64,000 bases of DNA from Candidatus Krumholzibacteriales bacterium. Its GTDB lineage: Bacteria > Krumholzibacteriota > Krumholzibacteriia > Krumholzibacteriales > WJIX01. Within the stretch, counting starts at the first letter, position 1, and every line of letters starts with the position of its first letter. The notes beneath the pieces are model-generated. The model saw nothing but the letters and a program-made list of their open reading frames with translations, was not told where the DNA came from and searched no databases. The translations under genes and the position numbers were made by a program. Of the stretch, positions 1-11,231 are shown piece by piece. The DNA is taken from NCBI GenBank assembly GCA_046483305.1, contig JAWODM010000018.1:38042-102041 (forward strand). The letters run 5' to 3'.

Positions 1-403
1 TTATACGGCAGCGGTTCCGCCCCAGCTCTCTGACTGATATGCGCACGCTGGAGAAGTAACCCAGTCCGTAAAGATAGGAAAGGTCCCTCTCCAGGTAATC
101 CGGGGTGAGCCTGGTTCCCTGCTTGGAGGCCATTTCGCGCAGGATGGTTCTTCGCTTGGTACTGCGGTTCCCCGAAATCACAACCGTATCTATTATCTGG
201 CCGGCAAAATTATCGAAATCCGTTTGTTCGGATTCCCCGGCCGGCCTGCACTGGCCGAATAGAAGTCCGCCTCCGCCCGTCAACAGTTCAGCGGATTCCT
301 TTTCAACAGTTTCCAACGGTTGGGAAGAAGGTCGGGAAGACAGAAGCGCCCCTATTAACAGTATTGATAAAAACAGAATATAATTAACCGATATCTTTTT
401 CAA
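1..403 (-). CDS. POTRA-domain outer-membrane protein (BamA/TamA/Omp85-like), N-terminal part, runs off window
   Basis: Hand translation from TTG at 403: signal-like MKKISVNYILFLSILLIGALLSS, then POTRA-like IIDTVVISGNRSTKRRTILREM...LERDLSYLYGLGYFSSV; absent from ORF track because it has no stop in the window. Confidence 0.7.
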   Translation of the reverse strand, partial: MKKISVNYILFLSILLIGALLSSRPSSQPLETVEKESAELLTGGGGLLFGQCRPAGESEQTDFDNFAGQIIDTVVISGNRSTKRRTILREMASKQGTRLTPDYLERDLSYLYGLGYFSSVRISVRELGRNRCRI

Positions 404-510
404 TTCAAACAGCCGGGCCCGGTTCAACAGAATAGACTACTGAACTTAAGATAATACCGGGCCCGGCGGCTGTAAAGCTATTTGCCCCTGTTGGGTTCTG
501 GCCTCAGGGC

Positions 511-1746
511 TCACTCTTCGGTCAGCTCGGCCGATCTGACTATAACCGGAACTGTCCCCGCCCTTGAGATAATGAATGCTCCAACACCGGCAAGCAGCGC
601 CAGGAAGGATACGAATTTCCCGATAAGCGATATCAGGACAGCAAGCGGTATGAAAGGCATCACTATACTGATTCCGCTGGAAATAATACCGAAAACAGCC
701 AGAATCAGCAGACCAATGATACCCTGAACGTATCTGGAATCAATCCCCAGGTTAAATTTCCTGCTGACCGCCCTGCCCAGAGCGAAAGCACCCACGAAAT
801 AACCCAGGAAGATGAATGCCACGTAGCAGAGAACCATCAGAATGGAGACCGGTATTCCTATGATTGTAATACCGATTATCACCGCCGCTATCAGTACCAG
901 AATGGATCCGAACACGAAGATCAACGCCCCCAGCCCCACCGATTTCAGGAAGGAGCCGGCTATATGATCGGCGGACCTGTCCATCCTCTCCGGGATGAAG
1001 TAGACTATCAGAAGAAGCAGCAGCACCGATCCGAGGAAAATTATCAGCCTTAAGATCAGCTTGAACAACCTTCCCTGAAAAGGCATAAAGGGAAAACCGG
1101 CCGGGGAGCTGAGCCCAACATCCGCCATATTAGCGGAACCTATCGATATGGTCTGCCCCCTGACAGTGGCATTTTCATCCTTATCCAGATGCCCCATAAC
1201 GCAGACAACATCACCATTGACCACCGCGGTTGGCCCTAATCTCAGGTTGCCGAAGATACTGACCGCGTCCCCCTTTACCTTTCCGTCCACCTCCAACCGG
1301 CCGAAAATCGCAACGGCGCTTCCCTGTACCAGTTCAAACTCCTTCACCTTCAAATCGCTGCCTATCTTCACCCTGTCGCCGGTAATTTCCCTGGTGTATC
1401 TGTCCTGCTCTCCCATATCGAATTTAATGGTCAGGGAATCGGCCGCCTTTATCAACGACTTCTGCTTCTCAATCAGGGATTGCAAATTCTTCTCATCCAG
1501 AATAAATTGATCCTTGTCGCCCCGCTTAACCTTGATCCCGTCATCAGATATCGAAATTTTAACCGACTTCTTCCCAGTCTCATCGCTGCTTTTCGAAAGC
1601 GAGTCCGGCTCCGATCCGCCCTCCATGGTGATGGCAGGGACTAACCTCCCAAAGCTCTCCACTGCGGGGGCATCGAAGTTGAAGAAGGCAGCCGACAGAA
1701 CTATAAGCACAGCTTTAACAATCAGGGAATTAAATAACGCTAACAT
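511..1746 (-). CDS. Membrane protein with bactofilin/polymer-forming-like beta-helix repeats and C-terminal TM helices
   Basis: Repeats VQGSAVAIFG, VKGDAVSIFG, VNGDVVCVMG then about 5 TM segments; ATG 1746 preceded by AAGGAG. Confidence 0.75.
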   Translation of the reverse strand: MLALFNSLIVKAVLIVLSAAFFNFDAPAVESFGRLVPAITMEGGSEPDSLSKSSDETGKKSVKISISDDGIKVKRGDKDQFILDEKNLQSLIEKQKSLIKAADSLTIKFDMGEQDRYTREITGDRVKIGSDLKVKEFELVQGSAVAIFGRLEVDGKVKGDAVSIFGNLRLGPTAVVNGDVVCVMGHLDKDENATVRGQTISIGSANMADVGLSSPAGFPFMPFQGRLFKLILRLIIFLGSVLLLLLIVYFIPERMDRSADHIAGSFLKSVGLGALIFVFGSILVLIAAVIIGITIIGIPVSILMVLCYVAFIFLGYFVGAFALGRAVSRKFNLGIDSRYVQGIIGLLILAVFGIISSGISIVMPFIPLAVLISLIGKFVSFLALLAGVGAFIISRAGTVPVIVRSAELTEE

Positions 1747-2380
1747 GGGATTCTCCTTTCCTCCAGGAGGTACGTGCAAATTTCAGCAGCATGTAGATAA
1801 TAAGAACCGCTATCAATGCCCCGGCTACGTATAAACCGGCAGGTATCTCCCTCAGGAACTGAACGACCTTGCCCGCCAGTACCCTGGCGGCAACAATAAA
1901 TCCGGGATCGGAATTCAGATAGTTGATGACTCTTTCATATAAATCCCCGGCCCTTCTCAGCAGCACCGCCGCAGAGAGCAGGAACAGAACCGTTTTTCTG
2001 GCGGCTTCGACTATCTCCAGATAGACCGGCCTGAAAACATACATGAAGAATACGAAAGCGGCGGCAAGAGATCCGGCGATCCGGGCCCAGGCCGGTATCG
2101 CGTTCCACTTCCAGTTAATATCGCGGACAAATTTCCTGAGAACGTTCTCACGGTATTTGCCGGTGTCGACCTTCGCCATCACCCTGCTGTTGAACTGTTC
2201 GGATGGCTGGAAGCGGTCTATTCCCTGCAGCGTCTCGAAAACTTCCAGAAAATCATTCCCGGCGGCTCTGCATTCCGGGCACTCCGCCCGGTGAGCTTCG
2301 AAACGGGCTTTCTCGGCCGGATCGAGCTCTCCGTCGTAATACTTCTGAATCAACAGCCTGAAAAGATCACAATCCATCAT
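1730..2380 (-). CDS. Zinc-finger (zf-HC2/ZAS) anti-sigma factor, RsiW-like
   Basis: YYDGEL...HRAECPEC (HxxxCxxC) followed by TM helices; in operon with ECF sigma. Confidence 0.85.
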   Translation of the reverse strand: MMDCDLFRLLIQKYYDGELDPAEKARFEAHRAECPECRAAGNDFLEVFETLQGIDRFQPSEQFNSRVMAKVDTGKYRENVLRKFVRDINWKWNAIPAWARIAGSLAAAFVFFMYVFRPVYLEIVEAARKTVLFLLSAAVLLRRAGDLYERVINYLNSDPGFIVAARVLAGKVVQFLREIPAGLYVAGALIAVLIIYMLLKFARTSWRKGESHVSVI

Positions 2381-3480
2381 ACACCCTTTTCCTTTATGGT
2401 GATATCTCCGCTGGATGTTTCTATCAGAACTCTGGATTTACCTTCTCTCACTATTCCGCTCACTCTCTGCCTGGACATGCCGGATATCTGAATCGGAAGG
2501 TCCAGCTCGAAATTCCCGGTGGTAGTGCCGGCCTTAAGGGCAAAACCTCCGCTCAGAATCCTGCTGAAGATAAGCGTCAGATTCCCTCCGGAAGTTCCCA
2601 GCCTGTATTCTCTCGGCCCCTCTCCGGGAGCAGCTTCCACGTAAAGATCGCCGCTTGCGGTGAATGCCTTCACATCGCCTCCCGCATCCGTAATTTCCAC
2701 ATCTCCGCTTGTCACATTTACCTCCAGGCTGCCCCCGGCCCGTTCCATCTCCACATCTCCGCTTATTGCCTTGATAACCGCTCCCCCCCTGATATCCTTC
2801 AAATCAATATCCCCGGACGCAACAGATATAATGCATCCGTTCCTGACCTTTACGGCCGATATGTCGCCGCTGGCGGTCTCCACTGCCAGCGAACCTATAT
2901 CTTCAGCTTCCGCATCGCCGCTGGCTGTCCTGGCAACCAGCTTTCCCTCGATTACCCGGGCTTTCAGATCCCCGCTGGCTGTGGACACGCTCACATCAGC
3001 GGCAATATTATTAACTTCGATATCACCGCTGGAGGTATCGAATGTAAGATTGAGGGCCCTGGGGACGGTTATATCAAGAGACATACGCAGATTCCTGCCC
3101 CCGCCGAAGATAGCTTCGAAAATATTTATGGTATTATCCTCATTATCGGGATATTCCGTCACCAGCTCTATAGTTCCATCCTTCTCCCTAACCTTAACCA
3201 GCAGCTTTTCGGCGAGTTCCCGGGCATCCTCCTCGGAGCCGGCCCTGACACGCCTGGAAACCTCCACCAGTATGACATCAATCTCCTCCCCCCCGGTTAT
3301 TTTCACATCGCACCTGCTGGCTATAATGCCAAGGTTCTTTATACCAGCAGCGGACAATTCCATCCGCTCGGTCTCTTCGTAATCATAGGAAGCGCAAGAG
3401 GCCGCAGGCAATATAAACAGGATTAAAGTAAGTATTTTCAACATCCCCGCAATCTTCCCGGAATCTTTCTTGAAATTCAT
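2377..3480 (-). CDS. DUF4097 beta-strand-repeat protein, probable lipoprotein
   Basis: Many repeats of the T(S/A)SGD(I/V) type; N-terminal hydrophobic stretch ending AASC. Confidence 0.85.
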   Translation of the reverse strand: MNFKKDSGKIAGMLKILTLILFILPAASCASYDYEETERMELSAAGIKNLGIIASRCDVKITGGEEIDVILVEVSRRVRAGSEEDARELAEKLLVKVREKDGTIELVTEYPDNEDNTINIFEAIFGGGRNLRMSLDITVPRALNLTFDTSSGDIEVNNIAADVSVSTASGDLKARVIEGKLVARTASGDAEAEDIGSLAVETASGDISAVKVRNGCIISVASGDIDLKDIRGGAVIKAISGDVEMERAGGSLEVNVTSGDVEITDAGGDVKAFTASGDLYVEAAPGEGPREYRLGTSGGNLTLIFSRILSGGFALKAGTTTGNFELDLPIQISGMSRQRVSGIVREGKSRVLIETSSGDITIKEKGV

Positions 3481-3481
3481 T

Positions 3482-4078
3482 TCAGCCCCCTTCGTCAGCC
3501 GGCAGGTTGCCTTCCCGGTAATCCCTGAAAAAATCAACTATCGTTTTCCTGGCTCTGTGTATCCTCGCTTTCACCGTTCCAAGGGGGATACCCAGTGTTT
3601 CGGATATCTCGTCATATGAGAGGTGTTCCTGGTGACGGAGAAGTACAATCATCCGGTAGTGCTCCGGCAACCTTTCTATGGCCTTTTCCAGTATCACCAT
3701 TTCCTCCTTCAGTTCCATCTCTCGTTCAGGCCCGATCTCATCGGAAGGCAGCTGACGGGGCATTTCGCCGTCATCGCTGTCCACCGGTTTGTCGATCGAA
3801 AATACGGTTCGTTTATTCTTACGTAAAAAGTCGATGCAAAGATTCGAAGTAATTCTGTAAAGCCAGCTCGAAAACGGAAATGAGGGATTATACCTATCCA
3901 GTACGTTGAATATCTTGACAAAAACATCCTGGGCCAGGTCCTCCGCGTCATCCCGGTTCCGAACCATCCGCAGGCAGATACTGAATACCGGGCCCCGGTA
4001 CTTTTCGAGGAGTTTCTCATAAGCCTTCTCATCTCCTTTCAGGCACCTGCGAATCAGCTGAGCATCTTCTCTTTTCAC
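3482..4078 (-). CDS. ECF RNA polymerase sigma factor (SigW-like)
   Basis: DAEDLAQDVF, FSSWLYRITSNLCIDFLRK, LSYDEISETLGIPLGTVKARIHRAR. Confidence 0.95.
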   Translation of the reverse strand: MKREDAQLIRRCLKGDEKAYEKLLEKYRGPVFSICLRMVRNRDDAEDLAQDVFVKIFNVLDRYNPSFPFSSWLYRITSNLCIDFLRKNKRTVFSIDKPVDSDDGEMPRQLPSDEIGPEREMELKEEMVILEKAIERLPEHYRMIVLLRHQEHLSYDEISETLGIPLGTVKARIHRARKTIVDFFRDYREGNLPADEGG

Positions 4079-4094
4079 ATCTCACCTTAATAAG

Positions 4095-4120
4095 TACGGT
4101 TAGGGCTCGAAAATGTTTCC
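4095..4120 (-). promoter_or_regulatory. Putative autoregulatory ECF promoter GGAAAC-N16-CGTA
   Basis: Minus strand GGAAAC attttcgagccctaac CGTA just upstream of the sigma gene; resembles the SigW consensus TGAAAC-N16-CGTA. Confidence 0.75.
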
Positions 4121-4265
4121 AAGATTATCTTTTAAAAGATATCAGGAACCCGTTCAAGTTAAAAGCTGATTCTGAGAGCATGGCTCTGATCCGAAAAAGC
4201 GCGCCGCACTGATGATTCCAATCCCCGGTAAACAGAAATCCTGACGGGTCTGCCTGGAATTAATT

Positions 4266-4571
4266 GAGGAGTTTCCCCAAAAAATAAGCCAGAATGTCGG
4301 TAAGGTAATCTTTAACAACAACTTAGTTTTAATAGCACCTGGAATCGGCCTTAAGCATTGATAGAAGCGGCTGAGTGATTAATTCAAAACCCTCCGGAGG
4401 GCGAGCGGGCATGGTTTTCTGACCCGCAGGGTCAGAAAGAGCGATGTGCGAGGCGGGAGTTGCGGTTTCCTCGCCGGGGAAACCGACAACGATTTTGAAT
4501 TAATCACTCAGCCGCAAACCAAACGAATAATTAAACTACCTGATAGATTATAAAAATTGGGGAAACTCCAA
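4266..4571. mobile_element. MITE-like non-autonomous element with a nested inverted-repeat element
   Basis: 13-bp inverted repeats GGAGTTTCCCCAA (4268-4280 / 4557-4569), flanking 9-bp direct repeat GAATTAATT (4257-4265 / 4572-4580); inner perfect 23-bp inverted repeat 4367-4389 / 4493-4515; no ORF. Confidence 0.65.
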
Positions 4572-4583
4572 GAATTAATTTTC

Positions 4584-5960
<1,377 letters not shown>

Positions 5961-5982
5961 CTTATGACGGGAGGTTACAGTA

Positions 5983-6381
5983 ATGAAAAGTCTGTGGGGA
6001 GACAGGAATCAGTACCTGAGGATAAGAAGCAGAAGAATTGATGTCTCCAGGAAATTTGCCCGTCTGCTCATAGGTGGGGTATTAATACTTATTTTCATGA
6101 TATTTACAGCCGGTGACACCGGCTTCATCAATATGTGGAAGGCTCACGGTAAGCTGGAGAATATTGAATCCAGGATAGAGATTCTGAAAAACAGCAATAA
6201 TCAGCTGCAGGAAAAGATAACGTCTCTGAAGAACGACCCCTTTGCCATAGAAAAGGTTGCCCGCGAAGAGTACGGATATATAAGGCCCGGCGACAGGGTC
6301 CTGCGCCTGAACGTTCTTCCACGGAAAGAAAGAAGCGAACCCGAATCGAGTTTACTTGACATTGGAGAAGACAACAAATAA
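5983..6381 (+). CDS. ftsB: Septum formation initiator FtsB/DivIC family
   Basis: TM helix, coiled coil, IEKVAREEYGYIRPGD; conserved position after eno. Confidence 0.85.
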   Translation: MKSLWGDRNQYLRIRSRRIDVSRKFARLLIGGVLILIFMIFTAGDTGFINMWKAHGKLENIESRIEILKNSNNQLQEKITSLKNDPFAIEKVAREEYGYIRPGDRVLRLNVLPRKERSEPESSLLDIGEDNK

Positions 6382-6384
6382 CTT
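6356..6384 (+). promoter_or_regulatory. Possible promoter for tRNA-fMet inside the ftsB 3' end
   Basis: TTGACA-N17-TAACTT ending about 20 nt before the tRNA. Confidence 0.45.
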
Positions 6385-6403
6385 ACTAATGCGCATGAAA
6401 TAT

Positions 6404-6480
6404 TGCGGGGTAGAGCAGTCTGGTAGCTCATTGGGCTCATAACCCAAAGGTCGCTGGTTCAAATCCAGCCCCCGCTACCA
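6404..6480 (+). tRNA. tRNA-fMet (initiator, anticodon CAT)
   Basis: Cloverleaf with TTGGG-CTCATAA-CCCAA anticodon arm (three G-C pairs), GGTTCAAATCC T-arm, unpaired 1:72 (T:T), encoded CCA. Confidence 0.97.
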
Positions 6481-6486
6481 TAAATA

Positions 6487-6515
6487 AGCCCCCGGATCAA
6501 CTCCGGGGGCTTTAT
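6487..6515. terminator. Intrinsic terminator, probably bidirectional
   Basis: AAGCCCCCGGA-tcaac-TCCGGGGGCTTT between the convergent tRNA and peptidase genes. Confidence 0.8.
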
Positions 6516-6527
6516 TCATGAGATTGA

Positions 6528-7844
6528 TCATTCCTCCGCCGCTTTCTCCGCTTCCCTGAATTTCGGCTCCAGGCCTTCCAGCACGTCGCGGTGAACTGTA
6601 TAAGTAAGCATTTTGAGTTTTATATAATCTCCACGGTAAAAGAGATAACCGTGGAACTTTCCGTGCCTGGAACTGCGCGAGGAATCCTTGATCAGGAACC
6701 AGTCATCGCCGCCCTTTTTCATGTGGGCGAGCAGGTGAATCCCGTGGTCGTCGGTGGTTGTCCTGTTGTAAATACGGAATTCTCTGGAATCCTGGTTTAT
6801 GTAATCTCCCGGAATATCATAGTCGGGGATTATCGCTCCGTCCTCGAAACCGTTGTATCCCGGCTCTGAAACATCACCGCCTATGCAGACCGTATAACCT
6901 TCTGAGGCCGCCTTTACGATATGACTGTAGAACTCATCCAACGGAAGGTTATAGTAAGTATCGGTGGGCCTCCAGTTGTCCGGCACATCGAACTCCGCCT
7001 GCACATAGAAAGGCTCGGACATGGTAGACATCACCTGAACGTAATCGCCGGTATCCACCTTGAGGACATCTTCCAGGAACTGAATAGGGGTCATGACCTC
7101 CCCCTCGAACCTGAACTTCTCCGGTGGCCTGCCCAGGTATTTATCCAGGATAACCCTGATGTGGGCGATATTCTCCTCCTCATCCCAGGTTCCGTTCTCC
7201 CTGACGCATTCAAGGTAATCCATCATCTCCGAGCGCAGCATCTTATGGTTGTGCCTGTCCCGCCCCCCGGTCAGGCCAGGGTATGCTTCCAGCGGTACCA
7301 CACCGTAGCTGTCCCATATGATAAACAAGCCGTCAGATTCGCCTCCCTGGGCGAAGGGCTGATGCCCCCTTTTCCTGATATAACCCCTGGCCTTTTCCAC
7401 ATACTCCCAGTAGACAGTGTACATCTCGGACAGCTTGATCTCCCTGCCTGTCAGCCTCGCAATTTCAGACTCCATGAATGAAGTGGTGCAGAAACACCAG
7501 CAGGTCCCGGTGTAGTACTGGGGAACCGGGTCGAAATGGAAGGGCGGATCGAAGCTTTCCGGCGATTCGGGTTTTTCTATTCCCTTGAAATCGAGCCGTA
7601 TTTCCTCCCTTTCCTCTCTCTCTTTTTCCTTTTTCTTCCTGAATTTCTCGTTAATCTCAGCCGTGATACTGTCCCTGAGAGCTTTCAGGCTGTCCATTTC
7701 CTCTTTCATTCTCTTGAGAACGGGATCCCGGTAATCCCTGCAGTAGGTTACGTGATCTCTCTTATCATCGCCGCGAGAAACCTCCGGCAGAAGAAGCGCA
7801 ACGGAGAATGCTGCTAGCGAAAGTATAATGAATAGTTTCCGCAT
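6528..7844 (-). CDS. Exported cysteine aminopeptidase, family C1B (PepC/bleomycin hydrolase-like)
   Basis: Signal peptide; QYYTGTCWCF catalytic Cys, TDDHGIHL His, FLIKDSS. Confidence 0.85.
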   Translation of the reverse strand: MRKLFIILSLAAFSVALLLPEVSRGDDKRDHVTYCRDYRDPVLKRMKEEMDSLKALRDSITAEINEKFRKKKEKEREEREEIRLDFKGIEKPESPESFDPPFHFDPVPQYYTGTCWCFCTTSFMESEIARLTGREIKLSEMYTVYWEYVEKARGYIRKRGHQPFAQGGESDGLFIIWDSYGVVPLEAYPGLTGGRDRHNHKMLRSEMMDYLECVRENGTWDEEENIAHIRVILDKYLGRPPEKFRFEGEVMTPIQFLEDVLKVDTGDYVQVMSTMSEPFYVQAEFDVPDNWRPTDTYYNLPLDEFYSHIVKAASEGYTVCIGGDVSEPGYNGFEDGAIIPDYDIPGDYINQDSREFRIYNRTTTDDHGIHLLAHMKKGGDDWFLIKDSSRSSRHGKFHGYLFYRGDYIKLKMLTYTVHRDVLEGLEPKFREAEKAAEE

Positions 7845-7907
7845 ACCTTACCTCTCTTTCCTGAACTGGCGGGGAGCGGGGGATACAATCCCGGCTCCCC
7901 GTTAAGA

Positions 7908-10900
7908 TCAGCTCCTGTCAGGCCCTTCGGGCTTTTCTATCTTCTTCGGCGGGTTCTTCTCCAGCTCTTCAAGCAGATATTCCACCGCCCGCTCTATCAT
8001 CGGCTCCCTCCCGGCCTGAATCAGGGCAGGGTCGTCAAACACTTCGAAGCCGGGGTCGGGCGACACTCCCACCGCCTCCACATCCCAATCACCTTCCTTG
8101 TTAACATAGGCGAAACCGGGAACCGCGAAGGAACCTCCGTCCACGAATCGGGGAGAATATCCGTAACCGATCAGCCCGCCCCAGGTAGTCTGGCCGATTA
8201 GCGGCCCCAGGCCCGCCTCCCTGAAGTAAGCCGGGAAAGCGTCCCCTCCCGACGATGAGAGCCCATTTATCAACATCGCCTTGGGCCCCTCATTGATAGG
8301 AATGGGAAGAGGGTAAAGTTTCATGTTTCTTCTGGCCCAGTAGCTGTAAACTCTTCTCTTCATGATTTCAACCATCTGATATGGGGAATGACCTCCCCCG
8401 TTGTAACGCTCGTCTATTATCAGGGCATCCTTTTTCATCAGAGGCTGGAAGTACTTGAAAAAGGATCGGTATCCGTCATAGTGGGTGTTGGGGACGTGGA
8501 TATAACCAATCCTGCCTCCGGAAAGCTCATCCACCAGGCGCCGGTTTTCCTCCACCCAGTTCATGTAGAGAAGGCTCAGTTCGGAATCGGCCGGCTTTAC
8601 CGTAACTTCGCGCGCCCCCTTCATGCGGGGCCGGTCATTTACGGTCAGGTTAACCTGCACATCGACCTTGTTTTCCAGGAAAGAATACGGGTTTTCGCCA
8701 GTGGTGACTTCCCGCCCGTCTATCGCTATCAGGTACATCCCTTCCTTCACGTTAAGCCCCGGTTCGGTAAGGGGAGACCTCTCTGCTTTGTGCCAGTTGG
8801 CCCCCTGATAGATTTTGTCGAACCTGTAGTAATCCCCGTCCGCCTTGAAACTGCATCCCAGAACACCCACCGGGACCCGTTCCACGGCCGGCATATCTCC
8901 GCTGTGCACATAACAGTGGCCGGCGTTCAGTTCTCCGATCATCTCTCCCAGGATATAATCCAGATCAGCCCGGTGCGCCAGATGAGGAAGCAGAACCTGG
9001 TACTTATCATGGATTTTCTTCCAGTCCACCCCGTGCATGTTGAGGTCGTAGAACCAGTCTCTCATTATTCTCCAGGCATCGGTGTATATCTGCTTCCATT
9101 CCACCGCCGGATCAATCCTCATCTCCAGCCCGCTGAGGTCCAGCTCTCCCTCTCCGGCCTTCTGGCCGGGCGCCAGCTTGGCAATTCCGTATTTCCCGTT
9201 GGCGCTGTAAATAAATTTCTTGCCGTCCGCCGAAAGCTGATAACCCCGAATGCCGGACATCACCGTTTCGGCTTCCCGCTTTTCAAGGTCGTACTTCTTC
9301 AGATGCCTTTTCCCCTCCTCATCGACATATATGAATACCAGTCCGCCTTCCACCGGGCTCAGGCTGTAATACCTCTTATGCTGCAGCGGCAAAGCCACCA
9401 CCCGGGAGGCAAAACCTTCCGCGTCGATAGATTTTATCTCAACTTCCTTCTCTTCCTTCTTCTCCTCATCCTTTTCATCCCCGGACGCTACGTCTTCCTC
9501 GTCGTTTCTGGGGGCCACCGGCGAAGGGGTTTCCGGAAGAAGGGTCCCCACATAGATCCGGTCCTCCCATTCCCTGTCACCGTAAACAAAATCTCTCTGG
9601 GAGATGAAGTAGATATACTTCCCGTCAGCGGAGAAAACCGGCTCTCTGTCATTGGTGTAATCATCAGTCAGTTTCATCGCTTTTTCCGACTCCAGAGAGT
9701 AGACCCATATTGAGGTCATGAAGTTTTCATCGGCGCTCTTGGTATAGCACAGCCACCTGCTGTCCGGAGAAAAGGAATAATGCTGTATCTCGCTCACCAT
9801 GCTCCTGTCAGCCAGAGTCTTCTCTCCGCTCTCTATGTCCAGCACCCACAGCCTGCTCTTCTTGTCCGTAAAGACCGCCTTTCTGCTGTCGGGAGACCAT
9901 TCTATCCCCATTATCCAGGAATCGGTTCCGGTAGTGAGCTGCTTCGGCCGGCCCTCTCCCGACTTCGGCCTCATCCATATTTCATACTCGCCGCCGGCCT
10001 CTGAAAGATAGAGAAGATATTTTCCGTCGGGAGACCATTCCAGCTCTCTCTCCCTGATACCGGGAGTCCGGGAAATATTCCTGGTTACTCCGTGCTCGGC
10101 GGGTACGGTAAAGATCTCTCCGCGGGCGGTAAAAGCGGCTCTTACCCCGGAGGGCGAGATGGTGTAGCTCCCGATATTACCTTTAACGTTCTTGTATACC
10201 GGCCTGGTAAAAGGCTTATCCGAACCGAGGGTTACCTCTATTTTACGCGTCCTGCCGGTGGCGGTATCATGCCAGAAGAGATATCCCCCCTTCTCGAACA
10301 CTATCCGGTCGCCTCCCCGGCTGGGCCAGAGAACATCGTAGAAGTTGTAGCCGGTGACCCTGGTAATCTCTTCCGTGCCGGTATCATACCTGAACAGATT
10401 CAGAGTCCTGTCCCGGTCGGAGGTGAAGTAAATACTCTGCCCCACCCACATGGGAAAGTTGTCGGTACCCTTGTAATCGGTTATCTGTACGGTTACATTG
10501 TTCCGCAGGTCATAGATGTATACATCCTGGGCCCGTCCGGCTTTATACCGCTTCCAGGTACGAAACTCCCTGGACTTGATGTTGAAGGCGATCTTTCCGC
10601 CATCCGGCGAAAGCGAGCCCGGGCCGGCCTCCGGTATCTGGAGGGGCTGCGGAATACCTGGTTTCTCCGGGTCTACCAGATAATACCTGCCCACTCTTCT
10701 GCCGAAAGGGGTATGGTTATGCCTGACCAGGATCTTTCCGTCCGGTGTCCAGTCGATTATCATGTAGTCATATCCGCCCCTGGGAGGCATCCTTCCCACG
10801 TCGGGGTACCAGGTCAGCCTCTCCGGTTCTCCCCCCTCATAGGGGATAGTATAGACCTGCCTGGTCCCGCAGTATTCCCCCGAAAAAGCGATAGTGCTTC

Positions 10901-11141
10901 CATCCGGAGATATCCGGGGAAACAGCTCCAGCCCCTCCGGGAAGGAAGTAACCCTTCTGGCTCTTCCCCCTTCCACCGGAACCGTCCAGATATCCCCGGC
11001 GTATACGAACACCACTCTGTCACCCATTATATGCGGATAACGGAGCAGCCTCCCCTCTTCCGCCGGAGCCCGGGCCGGAACCGTGGATGCGGTAACAGCC
11101 AGAACCAGAATTAAAACAGATAGTTTCTGTAAAGAGCTCAT
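7908..11141 (-). CDS. Tricorn protease homolog (S41B)
   Basis: Signal peptide; LLRYPHI...GDIW beta-propeller repeats, PDZ, GYIHVPN, IIDERYNGGG, SSSGGD, TTWGG. Confidence 0.95.
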   Translation of the reverse strand: MSSLQKLSVLILVLAVTASTVPARAPAEEGRLLRYPHIMGDRVVFVYAGDIWTVPVEGGRARRVTSFPEGLELFPRISPDGSTIAFSGEYCGTRQVYTIPYEGGEPERLTWYPDVGRMPPRGGYDYMIIDWTPDGKILVRHNHTPFGRRVGRYYLVDPEKPGIPQPLQIPEAGPGSLSPDGGKIAFNIKSREFRTWKRYKAGRAQDVYIYDLRNNVTVQITDYKGTDNFPMWVGQSIYFTSDRDRTLNLFRYDTGTEEITRVTGYNFYDVLWPSRGGDRIVFEKGGYLFWHDTATGRTRKIEVTLGSDKPFTRPVYKNVKGNIGSYTISPSGVRAAFTARGEIFTVPAEHGVTRNISRTPGIRERELEWSPDGKYLLYLSEAGGEYEIWMRPKSGEGRPKQLTTGTDSWIMGIEWSPDSRKAVFTDKKSRLWVLDIESGEKTLADRSMVSEIQHYSFSPDSRWLCYTKSADENFMTSIWVYSLESEKAMKLTDDYTNDREPVFSADGKYIYFISQRDFVYGDREWEDRIYVGTLLPETPSPVAPRNDEEDVASGDEKDEEKKEEKEVEIKSIDAEGFASRVVALPLQHKRYYSLSPVEGGLVFIYVDEEGKRHLKKYDLEKREAETVMSGIRGYQLSADGKKFIYSANGKYGIAKLAPGQKAGEGELDLSGLEMRIDPAVEWKQIYTDAWRIMRDWFYDLNMHGVDWKKIHDKYQVLLPHLAHRADLDYILGEMIGELNAGHCYVHSGDMPAVERVPVGVLGCSFKADGDYYRFDKIYQGANWHKAERSPLTEPGLNVKEGMYLIAIDGREVTTGENPYSFLENKVDVQVNLTVNDRPRMKGAREVTVKPADSELSLLYMNWVEENRRLVDELSGGRIGYIHVPNTHYDGYRSFFKYFQPLMKKDALIIDERYNGGGHSPYQMVEIMKRRVYSYWARRNMKLYPLPIPINEGPKAMLINGLSSSGGDAFPAYFREAGLGPLIGQTTWGGLIGYGYSPRFVDGGSFAVPGFAYVNKEGDWDVEAVGVSPDPGFEVFDDPALIQAGREPMIERAVEYLLEELEKNPPKKIEKPEGPDRS

Positions 11142-11231
11142 AAGCCCTCCTTTCTCAGGTTTAACGCGGACAGAATAATATCATACAGCGGCAATTTGCG
11201 TCGAGAGGAATGTAGGAAGAATTCCGGGACA

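Noticed and set aside
6404..6515. tRNA-fMet as an integration site
   Set aside because: No integrase and no repeat of the tRNA 3' end seen in the window
8388..11114. Long plus-strand ORFs (441 aa, 340 aa) and similar antisense ORFs elsewhere
   Set aside because: Shadows of well-supported opposite-strand genes; no recognisable motifs
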